64,000 nucleotides of DNA from Gemmatimonadota bacterium (lineage in GTDB: Bacteria; JAAXHH01), in assembly GCA_009837395.1 (NCBI GenBank), contig VXTP01000043.1, positions 456,936-520,935 on the forward strand, written 5' to 3'. Shown here one piece after another: positions 8,273 to 17,331 of the stretch. The position numbers and the translations under genes were made by a program. The notes beneath the pieces were generated by a model, which saw only the letters and a program-made list of their open reading frames with translations, searched no databases and was not told the DNA's origin. Numbering within the stretch: the first letter of the stretch is position 1; the number at the start of each line of letters is the position of its first letter.

Positions 8273-10456
8273 TCAGGCGGGTTGGTCGGAAGGGGAAGCG
8301 GCGGGGGGTTCCGGTGCGTTCTCGACGGCGGCCAGTGGCAGCCTGATGGCCATTTCGGTGTATTGGCCAGATTCCGAATCCACCTCGATCGAACCACCGT
8401 GTTCACGGACGATATCGTTCGACAGGGCCAGGCCGAGGCCAGTGCCCTCGTCGGTGGGCTTGGTGGTGAAGAAGGGGTTGAAGATCTTGTCGATCACGTG
8501 GGGCGGAATCCCCTTGCCGTTGTCCTTTATCCGGACGACGAGCTGATCCTCCTCGCGGCGGGTGGACAACCAGATGCCAGGTACGTAACCGGATTCCGTG
8601 TCCGGATCCTCACGCTTCTCGTTGGTGGCGTGACAGGCGTTGTTCACCATGTTCAGGAATACCCGGGCCATTTCCTGGGAAACGATCTCGATCTCGCCCA
8701 GATCGGATTCGAAGTCTTCGTGGATTTCAAGCTGGAAGTCCGCGTTCGATGCCCGGGCGGCATGGTAGGCGAGGCGGGCGTGTTCTTCCAGCAGGGCATT
8801 GATGTCCGTCGACTGTTTATCTCCCGAACCTCGGCCCATCTGAAGCATATCGCGCACGATGCGGTTGGCCCGTTCGCCATGCTCCCGGATCCGGCGCAGG
8901 TTTTCCGTGAGGTCGCCGCCGATCTCCTTGATCAGTCCGTCCTGCTCCTCGTCGATCGAGCCGCCGGCCTCGGGCAGTTCTTCCTTCATTTCCTCGAGGA
9001 GTTCTTCCGAGGACTCCGCGAAGTTCTTGACGAAGTTCAACGGGTTCTGGATCTCGTGCGCCACGCCCGCGGTGAGTTCGCCCAGGGCCGCCAGTTTCTC
9101 CCGCATGACGATCTGGTCCTGCGCTTTCTGCAGTTCTGCCAGGGTGCTCTCCAGCTCGTCGTTTTTTCCGCGCAGTTCCTCGGCCAGTTTCTCAACGAGG
9201 TTCAGCCTTTGCGCTTCGATGGAGTGAAGCCTGAAGACTTCCAGCGCGGCGGCCATGTCCGCCACCTCGTCACGGCCGTCCAGTTCGACTTTCTGCTTCA
9301 GATCCCCTCCCGCCATCCGCCGCATGTGTTCCGATAGAAACCCCAGCCTGCGCAGCAGCACCTTGCCGACGAACAACCACGCGATCAGCAAGGCGCCGAC
9401 CAGACTGACCGCGTTCAGGGCCAGGAGAAGCTGCCGGCCCACCTGGATCGTCTGCGTCGACGCGACCGTGGCGGCCCGGGTACTCTCCTGCGCCGAATTC
9501 ACGAGGCTTTCCACTTCGGCCACCAGTTCGACGGAGAGATCCCGGTTGTTTTCGATCAGGGCCCGTTGCTGAGCGATCAGGTCCAGGTCCTCTCCGCGAA
9601 TCTCGAAGATCTTCCCCTGGCCGCTGCCCAGTTCGAAGAGCTGGGCGAATACCGGTTCGAGCCGTTGCCGCAGGGGCGCCGTACCCAGGCCGGCGAGACT
9701 TCGCTCCACGCCGCCGTCGGCCGACTCGAAGCGTTCCAGCAGGGGTTCCAGCCGATCGGCATCGGACAGGTTGAAGACGTTAGACAGGATCCGGGTGCTG
9801 ACGGTCGCCTCGGCCTGCAGATCGGCCAGATGCCTGTAACGTTGCAGTTCCTCTTCGGAGAGGTATTCCTCGCGGGGCGCCACCGGCTGATCGATGTCCC
9901 GGTATCCCGTTACCGTGTAGAACAACTGGTTGTCAATCGCCGGGACCAGGATATTCGTCAGTTCGAACTGCAGCCGTTCCAGTTCAAGACGAAGCTGCCG
10001 GCCCTGCTCCTGGAGCACGAAGCGTCTGGCCACGGACTCCTCGATCATTTCGATATTCGACATCAGCGTGTTGCCGGCTTCGCTGATGTGTTGAAAGCGT
10101 TCGTCTTCCATGCCGTAGCCGGCGATGGCTTCCAGCTGCACCGCGAAACTCTCCCGTTCCTCGGCGATGCTCGCGGTTACGGATTCAAAGGTTTCGGGGG
10201 TTTCCGCGGCCGTCAGGCGCGGCGCGGCCGCCGCCAGCGTCCCGCTCCGCTGGGCCACGCCGAAGGCCGCCGCGATCTCCGGTACGGCGACCTCGTTTAC
10301 TTCGCGCTGGGCCTCGCCGACCTCGTTGAAGGCGAACCACGCCACCATACTGGCCAGCATGGTCAGCGCTACCGCCGCCCCGATGCCCAGGTACAACTGC
10401 CCCGATATTCGGGAAGGGCCCTTGTCGTACAACCACAACAGCCACTGCTTGATCAT
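8273..10456 (-). CDS. Sensor histidine kinase (TM-periplasmic domain-TM-HAMP-HisKA-HATPase)
   Basis: 727 aa. Two hydrophobic segments flank a periplasmic region of about 300 aa. A HAMP-like region follows TM2. H-box LAALGELTAGVAHEIQNPLNF and G-box GTGLGLALS are present. The start overlaps the upstream binding-protein stop (10453-10456). Confidence 0.85.
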   Translation of the reverse strand: MIKQWLLWLYDKGPSRISGQLYLGIGAAVALTMLASMVAWFAFNEVGEAQREVNEVAVPEIAAAFGVAQRSGTLAAAAPRLTAAETPETFESVTASIAEERESFAVQLEAIAGYGMEDERFQHISEAGNTLMSNIEMIEESVARRFVLQEQGRQLRLELERLQFELTNILVPAIDNQLFYTVTGYRDIDQPVAPREEYLSEEELQRYRHLADLQAEATVSTRILSNVFNLSDADRLEPLLERFESADGGVERSLAGLGTAPLRQRLEPVFAQLFELGSGQGKIFEIRGEDLDLIAQQRALIENNRDLSVELVAEVESLVNSAQESTRAATVASTQTIQVGRQLLLALNAVSLVGALLIAWLFVGKVLLRRLGFLSEHMRRMAGGDLKQKVELDGRDEVADMAAALEVFRLHSIEAQRLNLVEKLAEELRGKNDELESTLAELQKAQDQIVMREKLAALGELTAGVAHEIQNPLNFVKNFAESSEELLEEMKEELPEAGGSIDEEQDGLIKEIGGDLTENLRRIREHGERANRIVRDMLQMGRGSGDKQSTDINALLEEHARLAYHAARASNADFQLEIHEDFESDLGEIEIVSQEMARVFLNMVNNACHATNEKREDPDTESGYVPGIWLSTRREEDQLVVRIKDNGKGIPPHVIDKIFNPFFTTKPTDEGTGLGLALSNDIVREHGGSIEVDSESGQYTEMAIRLPLAAVENAPEPPAASPSDQPA

Positions 10457-11754
10457 GGCATCACGTCCCGGAGGGTACGGATGGGATGGTAACGGCCATC
10501 CTGTCCGATCACCGTAAGGAAGACCGCGTCCGAACCCTGGTTATCCCCTTCGCCGAACTCGAGACGAAGACCGCCCAGGTCGATCGTCCCCGCCCGGTTC
10601 AGACTCTCCATGAGGCAGGATCGCCTTACGTCAGGGCCACAGCCCTCGAGGGCGGTGATCGTCAGCTTGCCGGCGAGGTATCCTTCGAAGGAAACGAATC
10701 CGGGGGTCGTGCCCGGCGCGTGCGCGGAGAGCGCTCTGCGGTACTGGACGGCGATGGCGATGTTACCGGCCGCGGGGAAGGGCACCACCTGAGAGACCAG
10801 GACACCGCGTCCGTCGGGACCCAGTTCTCCGGCCAGCGCATTACTCCCCACGAATGAAATCGTTGCGAATACGGGATTGAAACCCACGTGCCGCGCCCAC
10901 GCGATGAGCGTGGCAACCGGCTGGTAGGCGCCGATCACCACCACAGCGTCCGGTTTTCCCTGCTGCAGATCGAGCAGGCCGGCCTTGATCGCGGTGGTGT
11001 TCCTCGGATACACGCCGATCGCTACGGGATCGAGTTGCCGGCGCTCCAGCGCGCGCCGTACGCCGCGGTATCCGACCCGGCCGAAGGAGTCGTTCTGGTA
11101 CATCACACCGATGCGGGTGATGCCGAGATCGCGCGAAAGCCGGTCGACGATTTCCTCGGTCTCCTGGAAATAGGAGGCCCGCAGGTTAATGACGCCCGTA
11201 TCCGTGTTGTCACGTAAAAAAATCGCGCCGGTGAATGGCGCGATATAGGGTACGCCGGCCTCCGAAGTAATGGGAACGGCCGAGCGGGAGGTAGGGGTGC
11301 CGACGGCACCGATGAGCGCGAAAACCTCTTCTTCCTCGATCAGTTTCCGGGTATTCGCGATCGCGGCTTCCGGTTCATAGGCGTCATCGAGCGTGATCAG
11401 CTCGAGCTGCCTTCCGTGTACGCCGCCCCGGCGATTCGCTTCCTGGAAGGCCGCCTCGATCCCGAGGTTCATGTTCCGCCCGAGTTCGCGGGCGGGTCCG
11501 CTGAAGGCCGCGGACTGGCCGAAGAGTATGCGTTCGGCCGTCACACCGGGCTCGGTCGCCGCTCCGGGCTCGGTCGCCGCTCCGGGCTCGGTCACCGCTC
11601 CGGGCTCGGTCACCGCTCCGGGCTCGGTCACCGCTCCGGGCTCTTCGACCTGGGAGGCGTTCGCGCCGCTGTTTTCAGAGGATAAAGCGGGAGAGAACGC
11701 CGTCGCACAAAGGGCGAGCAGGATGACCGCCCAGTGGTCGCGCGTTCGTCTCAT
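10453..11754 (-). CDS. Periplasmic solute-binding protein (type-1 PBP, Leu/Ile/Val-binding-like) with an (EPGAVT)n linker
   Basis: 433 aa with an N-terminal signal peptide (ILLALCATAFSPALS). It has the LivK-like fold pattern. The low-complexity linker TEPGAVTEPGAVTEPGAVTEPGAATEPGAATEPG is encoded by an 18-bp tandem repeat at about 11539-11646. It overlaps both neighbouring genes by 4 nt. Confidence 0.75.
   Translation of the reverse strand: MRRTRDHWAVILLALCATAFSPALSSENSGANASQVEEPGAVTEPGAVTEPGAVTEPGAATEPGAATEPGVTAERILFGQSAAFSGPARELGRNMNLGIEAAFQEANRRGGVHGRQLELITLDDAYEPEAAIANTRKLIEEEEVFALIGAVGTPTSRSAVPITSEAGVPYIAPFTGAIFLRDNTDTGVINLRASYFQETEEIVDRLSRDLGITRIGVMYQNDSFGRVGYRGVRRALERRQLDPVAIGVYPRNTTAIKAGLLDLQQGKPDAVVVIGAYQPVATLIAWARHVGFNPVFATISFVGSNALAGELGPDGRGVLVSQVVPFPAAGNIAIAVQYRRALSAHAPGTTPGFVSFEGYLAGKLTITALEGCGPDVRRSCLMESLNRAGTIDLGGLRLEFGEGDNQGSDAVFLTVIGQDGRYHPIRTLRDVMP
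11539..11646 (-). repeat. In-frame 18-bp tandem repeat (about 6 copies) encoding the (EPGAVT)n linker of the solute-binding protein
   Basis: The units ggctcggtcgccgctccg and ggctcggtcaccgctccg are repeated back to back. Confidence 0.8.
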
Positions 11755-12176
11755 CCGTTTTCCTTCCGCTTGACGATCGTGAGTATGTTCTGGTTGTCTT
11801 CGCGGCGGTAGCTCAGTTCATCCATCATGGTCCGGACGAGGTAGATACCCAGGCCGCCCACGGGCCGATCGTCCAGTCCGGAGTCGACATCCGGTTCCGG
11901 CGAATCGGTCAGGGGGTTGAAGGCCCGTCCCTCGTCCCGCAATTCGATCGTGAGGGCTTCGGTATCCGAGCTCATCACGATTTCGAATTCATGGTCGGGA
12001 TCGCCGCCGTGGCCGTGCGTGACGATATTCACGCCCAGTTCCTCGAGGACCAGCTTGACCTGGTAGACCATACCCGGCGGCCATTCTTCGGTCTCGCCGA
12101 GTTCATCCACCGCTTCGTAGATGCGCTCCAGCTGGTCAAGCTTCGTGGGCAGGCTTAGGGACAGTCTTCTGCTCAT
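11751..12176 (-). CDS. Anti-sigma regulatory factor, serine kinase (RsbW/SpoIIAB-like, HATPase_c_2)
   Basis: 141 aa. GHGGDP, DEG..FNP and GGLGIYL motifs are typical of RsbW-type GHKL kinases. It lies between the REC-PP2C gene and the binding-protein gene. Confidence 0.75.
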   Translation of the reverse strand: MSRRLSLSLPTKLDQLERIYEAVDELGETEEWPPGMVYQVKLVLEELGVNIVTHGHGGDPDHEFEIVMSSDTEALTIELRDEGRAFNPLTDSPEPDVDSGLDDRPVGGLGIYLVRTMMDELSYRREDNQNILTIVKRKENG

Positions 12177-12178
12177 GG

Positions 12179-13342
12179 TCAGACCTGGCGTTGAAGCACG
12201 GTAACACAGGTAATATCATCCGATTGCGGCGTTTCTCCGGCGAACTCATGGACCGCCTTGAACACCGCTTTGTTTGCGTCTTCCGTACTGCCGGGAGGGT
12301 CATCCGCGAAAACCGCCTGCAGGCGGTCCATGCCGAATTCCTCCCCGTCGGCGTTCATGGCTTCCGTTACGCCGTCGGTATAGAGCAACAGGAGATCGCC
12401 CGGGGAGAGCACAACGGCGGACTGGCCGAAATTTACGCCCGGAAAAACCCCGAGCGCCAGGCCGTCCGTACCGGGGAGAAGCGTCGATGAGCCGTCGGAA
12501 TGCACCACCAGCGGAGGATTGTGCCCTCCGTTGGAATAGTCCACCTGTCCGGTCTGGGGGTTGTATACCGCGTAGAAAGTCGTGACGAACATGGCCGCTT
12601 CGTTTTCCTCGGTAAGCAGGTCGTTGACCTCCTTGAGCACGGCGCCCGGTTCGATGGCGCCGATCGCCGAGCCCTTCAGCAGGGTCCTGCTGGACATCAT
12701 GAACAGGGCGGCAGGAACGCCCTTGTCGGAAACATCGGCGATGGCCAGGGCGATCTTGCCTCCGGGCAGGCCGAAAACGTCGAAAAAGTCGCCGCCAACC
12801 TCCCGGGCCGGTTCCATGTTCGCGTATATCTCGCAATGATCGGAATCTGGGAACTCGGTGGGCAGAATCGACTGCTGCATCTTGCTGGCCACGTTCAGTT
12901 CGTTCTGCAGCCGAACGAGCTTGTCCCGCGACTCCAGGGCTTCGCGCCATTCCTCCATGTTCTTCAGCGTACGTTCAATCGTTACCCGCAAGTCCTGGAA
13001 ATCGATCGGCTTGGTAATGAAATCGAAGGCGCCCCGGTTCATGGCCGTGCGGATGTTCTTCATGTCCCCGTAGGCGGATACCACCACGGCGCGGATGTCG
13101 GGGGCAATGTTCGGTATCTGCGCCAGCAGCGTAAGACCGTCCATCCGGGGCATGTTGATATCGGACAGGACCATGTCTATATCGGGCACTTCATTGAGGC
13201 GTTCCAGGGCTTCCACGCCGTTCTGGGCGAAATATAGCGTATACAGGCCGGAACGCACGTCACGGCGCATGCGCTGCCGCATCAGGTGTTCGAGATCCGG
13301 CTCGTCGTCCACTACAAGGATTTTGTACGGTGTCTGCGTCAT
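12179..13342 (-). CDS. Response-regulator receiver fused to PP2C (SpoIIE/RsbU-type) phosphatase
   Basis: 387 aa. N-terminal REC domain (ILVVDDEPDL, phospho-acceptor LSDINMPRMDG). C-terminal PP2C domain with GGDFFDV and ADVSDKG metal-binding motifs. Confidence 0.85.
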   Translation of the reverse strand: MTQTPYKILVVDDEPDLEHLMRQRMRRDVRSGLYTLYFAQNGVEALERLNEVPDIDMVLSDINMPRMDGLTLLAQIPNIAPDIRAVVVSAYGDMKNIRTAMNRGAFDFITKPIDFQDLRVTIERTLKNMEEWREALESRDKLVRLQNELNVASKMQQSILPTEFPDSDHCEIYANMEPAREVGGDFFDVFGLPGGKIALAIADVSDKGVPAALFMMSSRTLLKGSAIGAIEPGAVLKEVNDLLTEENEAAMFVTTFYAVYNPQTGQVDYSNGGHNPPLVVHSDGSSTLLPGTDGLALGVFPGVNFGQSAVVLSPGDLLLLYTDGVTEAMNADGEEFGMDRLQAVFADDPPGSTEDANKAVFKAVHEFAGETPQSDDITCVTVLQRQV

Positions 13343-13443
13343 TTCACCCCCGGAAACCGCCGCGGCCTATACTGTTTCCGCTATACGCCACACAGCGCTT
13401 TGGAATAAACGCTGCGACGCAGTGTGGAAACAGGTAGAGGCGT

Positions 13444-13782
13444 TTACCGGCCGATCTTATCCACTGCTTCGGCCTGGGAATCGTGAATGGATATGATCTT
13501 GTCGAAACCGCTGATTTCGAAGACTTCCCGGATCGGATCCGAAAGCGAGCACAATGCGAACGCGGCATTACGCTTCTGGAGCAGTCGCGCGATCAGCAGG
13601 ATGACCCTCAGGCCCGCGCTGCTTATGTAGGACAAGGCACTGAAATCCAGCAGCACCTTGCTGTCGTCTTCACCGATGGCGCCGTTGAGCGCGTCTTCGA
13701 ATTCCCGCGCGTTGGCGCCGTCGATTCGACCTTCAACCTTCGCAATAAGTACTTCGTTTGCTCGGTCGACACTGATCTCCAT
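13444..13782 (-). CDS. STAS-domain anti-sigma-factor antagonist (RsbV/SpoIIAA-like)
   Basis: 112 aa. The motif DFSALSYISSAGLRVIL carries the conserved phosphorylatable Ser in the DxSxxxxxSSxG context. It is the first gene of the minus-strand operon. Confidence 0.8.
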   Translation of the reverse strand: MEISVDRANEVLIAKVEGRIDGANAREFEDALNGAIGEDDSKVLLDFSALSYISSAGLRVILLIARLLQKRNAAFALCSLSDPIREVFEISGFDKIISIHDSQAEAVDKIGR

Positions 13783-13924
13783 GAAACCAACCCCCTTTAC
13801 AGGTTTATAATACTGCCTTGTTCGGCAAAATCAGCAATCTGTACTCCATAGGTTTTTCCTGGTTTCTGTACATCTGGACCTGCCTGGCCCGGTCCGGCCA
13901 GGATCTGCCCGGCCACGCGTCTGC

Positions 13925-14716
13925 TCAACCCGACGCCAGGATGGGATGCAGCGGTCCACCGAACGGCTCGCCCGGTTTCATAGTCTGGTCGCCGCCCGCG
14001 TCCCACCGGCCGTTGTAGTTCACGTACTCCGGTATGTATATGATCGCCAGCGCTCTCCGGGGAGATGCGGTGCGATTGGGCGTAGCGTAGTGGAACGTGC
14101 ATCCATGGTGAAACGTCACGCCGCCCGCTTCCATGTCCATCACGACGGGTTCTACATCGACTTCGACGTCCGTACTCTCGATATCTTTCAGTACGCTGGC
14201 GCCTTCCGTGCTCAGTGCCACCGGCGCCAGCCGGCCATACTTGTGCGATCCTGGTATGAACTGCATGCAACCGTTGTCCACCGTTACATCGTCCACGGCG
14301 ATCCATGCCGAAAGCGCGCCGACCTGTTCCATGGGCCAGTACGGTGCGTCCTGGTGCCAGTTGGTGGCCTTGCTCTGTTCACCACCGGGCTTGATCAGAC
14401 CATGGTCATGGTAGATGACCAGGCGCTTGCACTTCGAAATCTTCCGGGCGATCTCCGCCAGCCGCGTATCAAACGAGTATTTCCGGATGACCTCGTAGTC
14501 GACCCACAGGTTGACCATCTGGTTGAAAACGCGGTTGTAATCGTCGTCCGTCTCGCGTCCACCGCCCAGTATACGTGCTCTCTTTTCGGCAACCGTCTTG
14601 TCCAGCGCGTCGGCCAGTTCCTCGATTTCCCGCTTCGAGAAAAACCCCGGAATCTGGAGATAGCCGTTCTCCTGAAAGAACTCAACCTCATCGGCGCCAA
14701 TGTGATTTGGATTCAT
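13925..14716 (-). CDS. PhyH-family Fe(II)/2-oxoglutarate dioxygenase (paralogue 1)
   Basis: 263 aa. HQD facial triad (WHQDAPYWP) and distal His (FHHGCTFHYATPN). Phytanoyl-CoA dioxygenase fold pattern. Confidence 0.75.
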   Translation of the reverse strand: MNPNHIGADEVEFFQENGYLQIPGFFSKREIEELADALDKTVAEKRARILGGGRETDDDYNRVFNQMVNLWVDYEVIRKYSFDTRLAEIARKISKCKRLVIYHDHGLIKPGGEQSKATNWHQDAPYWPMEQVGALSAWIAVDDVTVDNGCMQFIPGSHKYGRLAPVALSTEGASVLKDIESTDVEVDVEPVVMDMEAGGVTFHHGCTFHYATPNRTASPRRALAIIYIPEYVNYNGRWDAGGDQTMKPGEPFGGPLHPILASG

Positions 14717-14962
14717 AACGCTGTAGAACCCGGGGACTGGAACGCATAACTCATATATAGTCCAAGCCTATACAAATCAACAACAATAAACATTTCAGTG
14801 CAGAATTTCGCACGAATAACGTAAATTAACTTACGAGCAAGAAATTTCAACCCCTTTTCACAAATCGAGGGTTTTATTCGACATTGCAGCGCCCGGTCGG
14901 AATGTGTACGGCGCCGGCCGAAATCGATACATCCATCATCGTACAACCCGGAGGAATGCACC

Positions 14963-15940
14963 ATGTCGACGGACCGGTACCGGATCGGCGTCCAGGACTA
15001 TATCGATTTCCACCGCGACGGCTACCTCGTCGTCCGCGGACTCGTGCCCGGAGCGGAAGTGGAAGAAATACGCCGCCATACCGAAGCACTGATGCAGGGA
15101 AGGATTACCATCGAAGGGGTCGATCCGCCGCCGCCCGGATTGACGTCCGAACAGATGGGACAGCACTGGCTGCGCATACACATGCTTCACCGGAAGCACG
15201 CGCTGCATGAGCGGTTTCTGCTCCAACCCCGTATCCTGGACGTGCTCGAAGCCCTGATCGGCCCGGACGTGCTGGCGCTCCAGACCATGTTGTTCCTGAA
15301 ACCGCCCGGCCGCGAAGGCCAGGGTTTTCACCAGGACTCGTACTACATACCCACCTATCCCGACACGCTGATCGGTTCCTGGCTGGCCGTGGATCCCGCC
15401 GATGAAGAAAACGGCTGCATGATGGTCATGCCGGGATCGCATCATGAGCCGATTTATCCGGACGAAAACAAGCTCGGCCAGAACCACACCGACGGCGCCA
15501 TAGGGGACCTTGGGACCATCGAGGGCGCCAGTGCGACGGATGAGTCCCTGAACGGACTGGCCCCTGTCGCCGGGAAGTACGCCGGCGGCGAGGTGGCCGC
15601 GCGCATGGTGCCGGGAGATGTCCTGTTCTTCCACGGGCATCTCCTGCACCGGTCGCACGAGAACCGGACCGGGACGCGGTTTCGCCGGGCATTCGTGGGT
15701 CATTACTGCAACGCGAGGTCCTGGGTGCCGTGGAATCATGGCGCCGAATTCGAGGGGCCGACTGCGAATAACCTCCACATCCTCGCCCGGGGAAATACCC
15801 ACCTGCCCTTCGCCCTGCCGAAGTTCGGCACGCCATGCGACGCGCTCAATCCCAGGGAAACGGCCGGCGGCGTGCGGCCCGCGCGCATGATGGGCGACAT
15901 GCCCAAATCGACCGTGAAGGGCGTCATGGTACCGCGTTGA
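14963..15940 (+). CDS. PhyH-family Fe(II)/2-oxoglutarate dioxygenase (paralogue 2)
   Basis: 325 aa. Motifs FHQDSYYIP and MVMPGSHHEP, distal FFHGHLLHRSHEN. Divergent from paralogue 1 across an AT-rich 246-bp spacer. Confidence 0.75.
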   Translation: MSTDRYRIGVQDYIDFHRDGYLVVRGLVPGAEVEEIRRHTEALMQGRITIEGVDPPPPGLTSEQMGQHWLRIHMLHRKHALHERFLLQPRILDVLEALIGPDVLALQTMLFLKPPGREGQGFHQDSYYIPTYPDTLIGSWLAVDPADEENGCMMVMPGSHHEPIYPDENKLGQNHTDGAIGDLGTIEGASATDESLNGLAPVAGKYAGGEVAARMVPGDVLFFHGHLLHRSHENRTGTRFRRAFVGHYCNARSWVPWNHGAEFEGPTANNLHILARGNTHLPFALPKFGTPCDALNPRETAGGVRPARMMGDMPKSTVKGVMVPR

Positions 15941-16030
15941 CCGATCCGACATCAAGCCGGTTGAATGGATCAGGCGGGAACCGGAGACCGGACGGAAGAA
16001 CCAGGTACGGCGCTCCGGACTGACGAACGA

Positions 16031-17311
16031 CTACGTGCCGAAGAGGTTCCGTGCCCGGTGGATGGCTCCGATCATGATATCGATTTCTTCGGAGGTGTTG
16101 TAGAAATAGAGGCTTGCCCGCGCCGTGGCGCCGTAGGGCGTCCCGATCCGGCGCATGAGGGGCTGCGCGCAGTGGTGCCCGGCGCGGATGGCGATGCCCT
16201 GGCGGTCCAGCACCGTCGACAGGTCGCTGGGATGCATATTGTCGAGGTTGAAGGAGATCGCCCCTCCCCGACCCGGTGCGTGACCGAAGACCGTCAGGCC
16301 GTCGATTTCCTCGAGCCGCTCGATCGTGTAGTTCGTCAGCGCCTTTTCGTGGGTGTGGATGTGCTCCATCCCGACGGCGGAGAGGTAGTCCACCACGTCG
16401 CCGAAGACGATAGCATGGGCGATATTGGGAGTGCCCGCCTCGAATTTCTCCGGGATGTCCGCGCAGGTGAACCCATCGAGCCGGACTTCGTCGATCATCG
16501 AACCCCCGCCCATGTAGGGATCCATCGATTCGAGCAGCTCCTGCCGGCCGTATAGTCCGCCGATGCCGGTCGGACCGCACATCTTGTGGCCGGAAAACGC
16601 AAAGAAATCGCATCCCAGACGCCCCACGTCCACCGGCATGTGCGGCACGCTCTGCGCGGCGTCCACGAAGACCAGCGCGCCGACGGCGTGGGCCCGTTCC
16701 ACGATGGCTTTGACGGGATTGACCGTGCCCAGCACGTTCGACATGTGTGCGATGGACACGATGCGCGTCCGCTCCGTGATCAGTTCGTCCGCCTGGTCCA
16801 TGTCGAGCGATCCGTCTTCACGGATGTCGAAATACCGCAGCACGGCGCCGGTTTCCCGCGCAAGTATCTGCCAGGGCACGATGTTGCTGTGGTGCTCCAT
16901 GACCGAAAGCAGGATTTCGTCGCCCGCCCCGACGTTCTTCCGGCCCCAGGCGCTCGCTACGAGGTTGATGCCCTCAGTCGTGTTCCGCACGAAGACCAGG
17001 TTCCGGGCCGGCGCATTGATGAAGCGCGCCACCCGTTCGCGGGCGGCCTCGTAGGCGTTGGTCGCCTCCTCGCTGAGCGTATGGAGTCCGCGGTGCACGT
17101 TGGCGTTCAACCGCGTGTAGTAGTCGTCCAGGGCGTCGAGCACGGCCCGGGGTTTCTGCGACGTGGCGCTGTTGTCCAGGTAGACCAGCGGCTTGCCGTG
17201 CACCTTCCGGTCCAGGATGGGGAAATCCCCGCGGTAACGCAGCGCGTGCTCGTCAGACAGGCGGACTGCCTCATCCAACTTGCGTGGCACTTCTACCAGT
17301 GTTTCTTCCAT
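16031..17311 (-). CDS. sufS: Cysteine desulfurase, SufS subfamily
   Basis: 426 aa. Class-V aminotransferase pattern with LDNSATSQKP near the N-terminus. PLP-lysine motif SGHKMCGPTGIGGLYG. Catalytic Cys in RAGHHCAQPL. Terminal gene of the suf operon. Confidence 0.9.
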   Translation of the reverse strand: MEETLVEVPRKLDEAVRLSDEHALRYRGDFPILDRKVHGKPLVYLDNSATSQKPRAVLDALDDYYTRLNANVHRGLHTLSEEATNAYEAARERVARFINAPARNLVFVRNTTEGINLVASAWGRKNVGAGDEILLSVMEHHSNIVPWQILARETGAVLRYFDIREDGSLDMDQADELITERTRIVSIAHMSNVLGTVNPVKAIVERAHAVGALVFVDAAQSVPHMPVDVGRLGCDFFAFSGHKMCGPTGIGGLYGRQELLESMDPYMGGGSMIDEVRLDGFTCADIPEKFEAGTPNIAHAIVFGDVVDYLSAVGMEHIHTHEKALTNYTIERLEEIDGLTVFGHAPGRGGAISFNLDNMHPSDLSTVLDRQGIAIRAGHHCAQPLMRRIGTPYGATARASLYFYNTSEEIDIMIGAIHRARNLFGT

Positions 17312-17331
17312 GATTCCCTAACCGTCTGCGA

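Noticed and set aside
13783-13924. Inverted repeat TGGCC-N6-GGCCA and a TTGCCG…TTATAA promoter-like pair between PhyH-1 and the STAS gene
   Set aside because: There is no T-tract after the hairpin for an intrinsic terminator. The -35/-10 spacing is too short (12-14 nt). It is noted only as weak signals.
14717-14962. Sigma-54 promoter (TGGCAC-N5-TTGC) in the AT-rich divergent PhyH spacer
   Set aside because: GG and GC dinucleotides near gagggttttattcgacattgcag are spaced 15 nt apart rather than the required 10-11. No convincing -24/-12 element was found.
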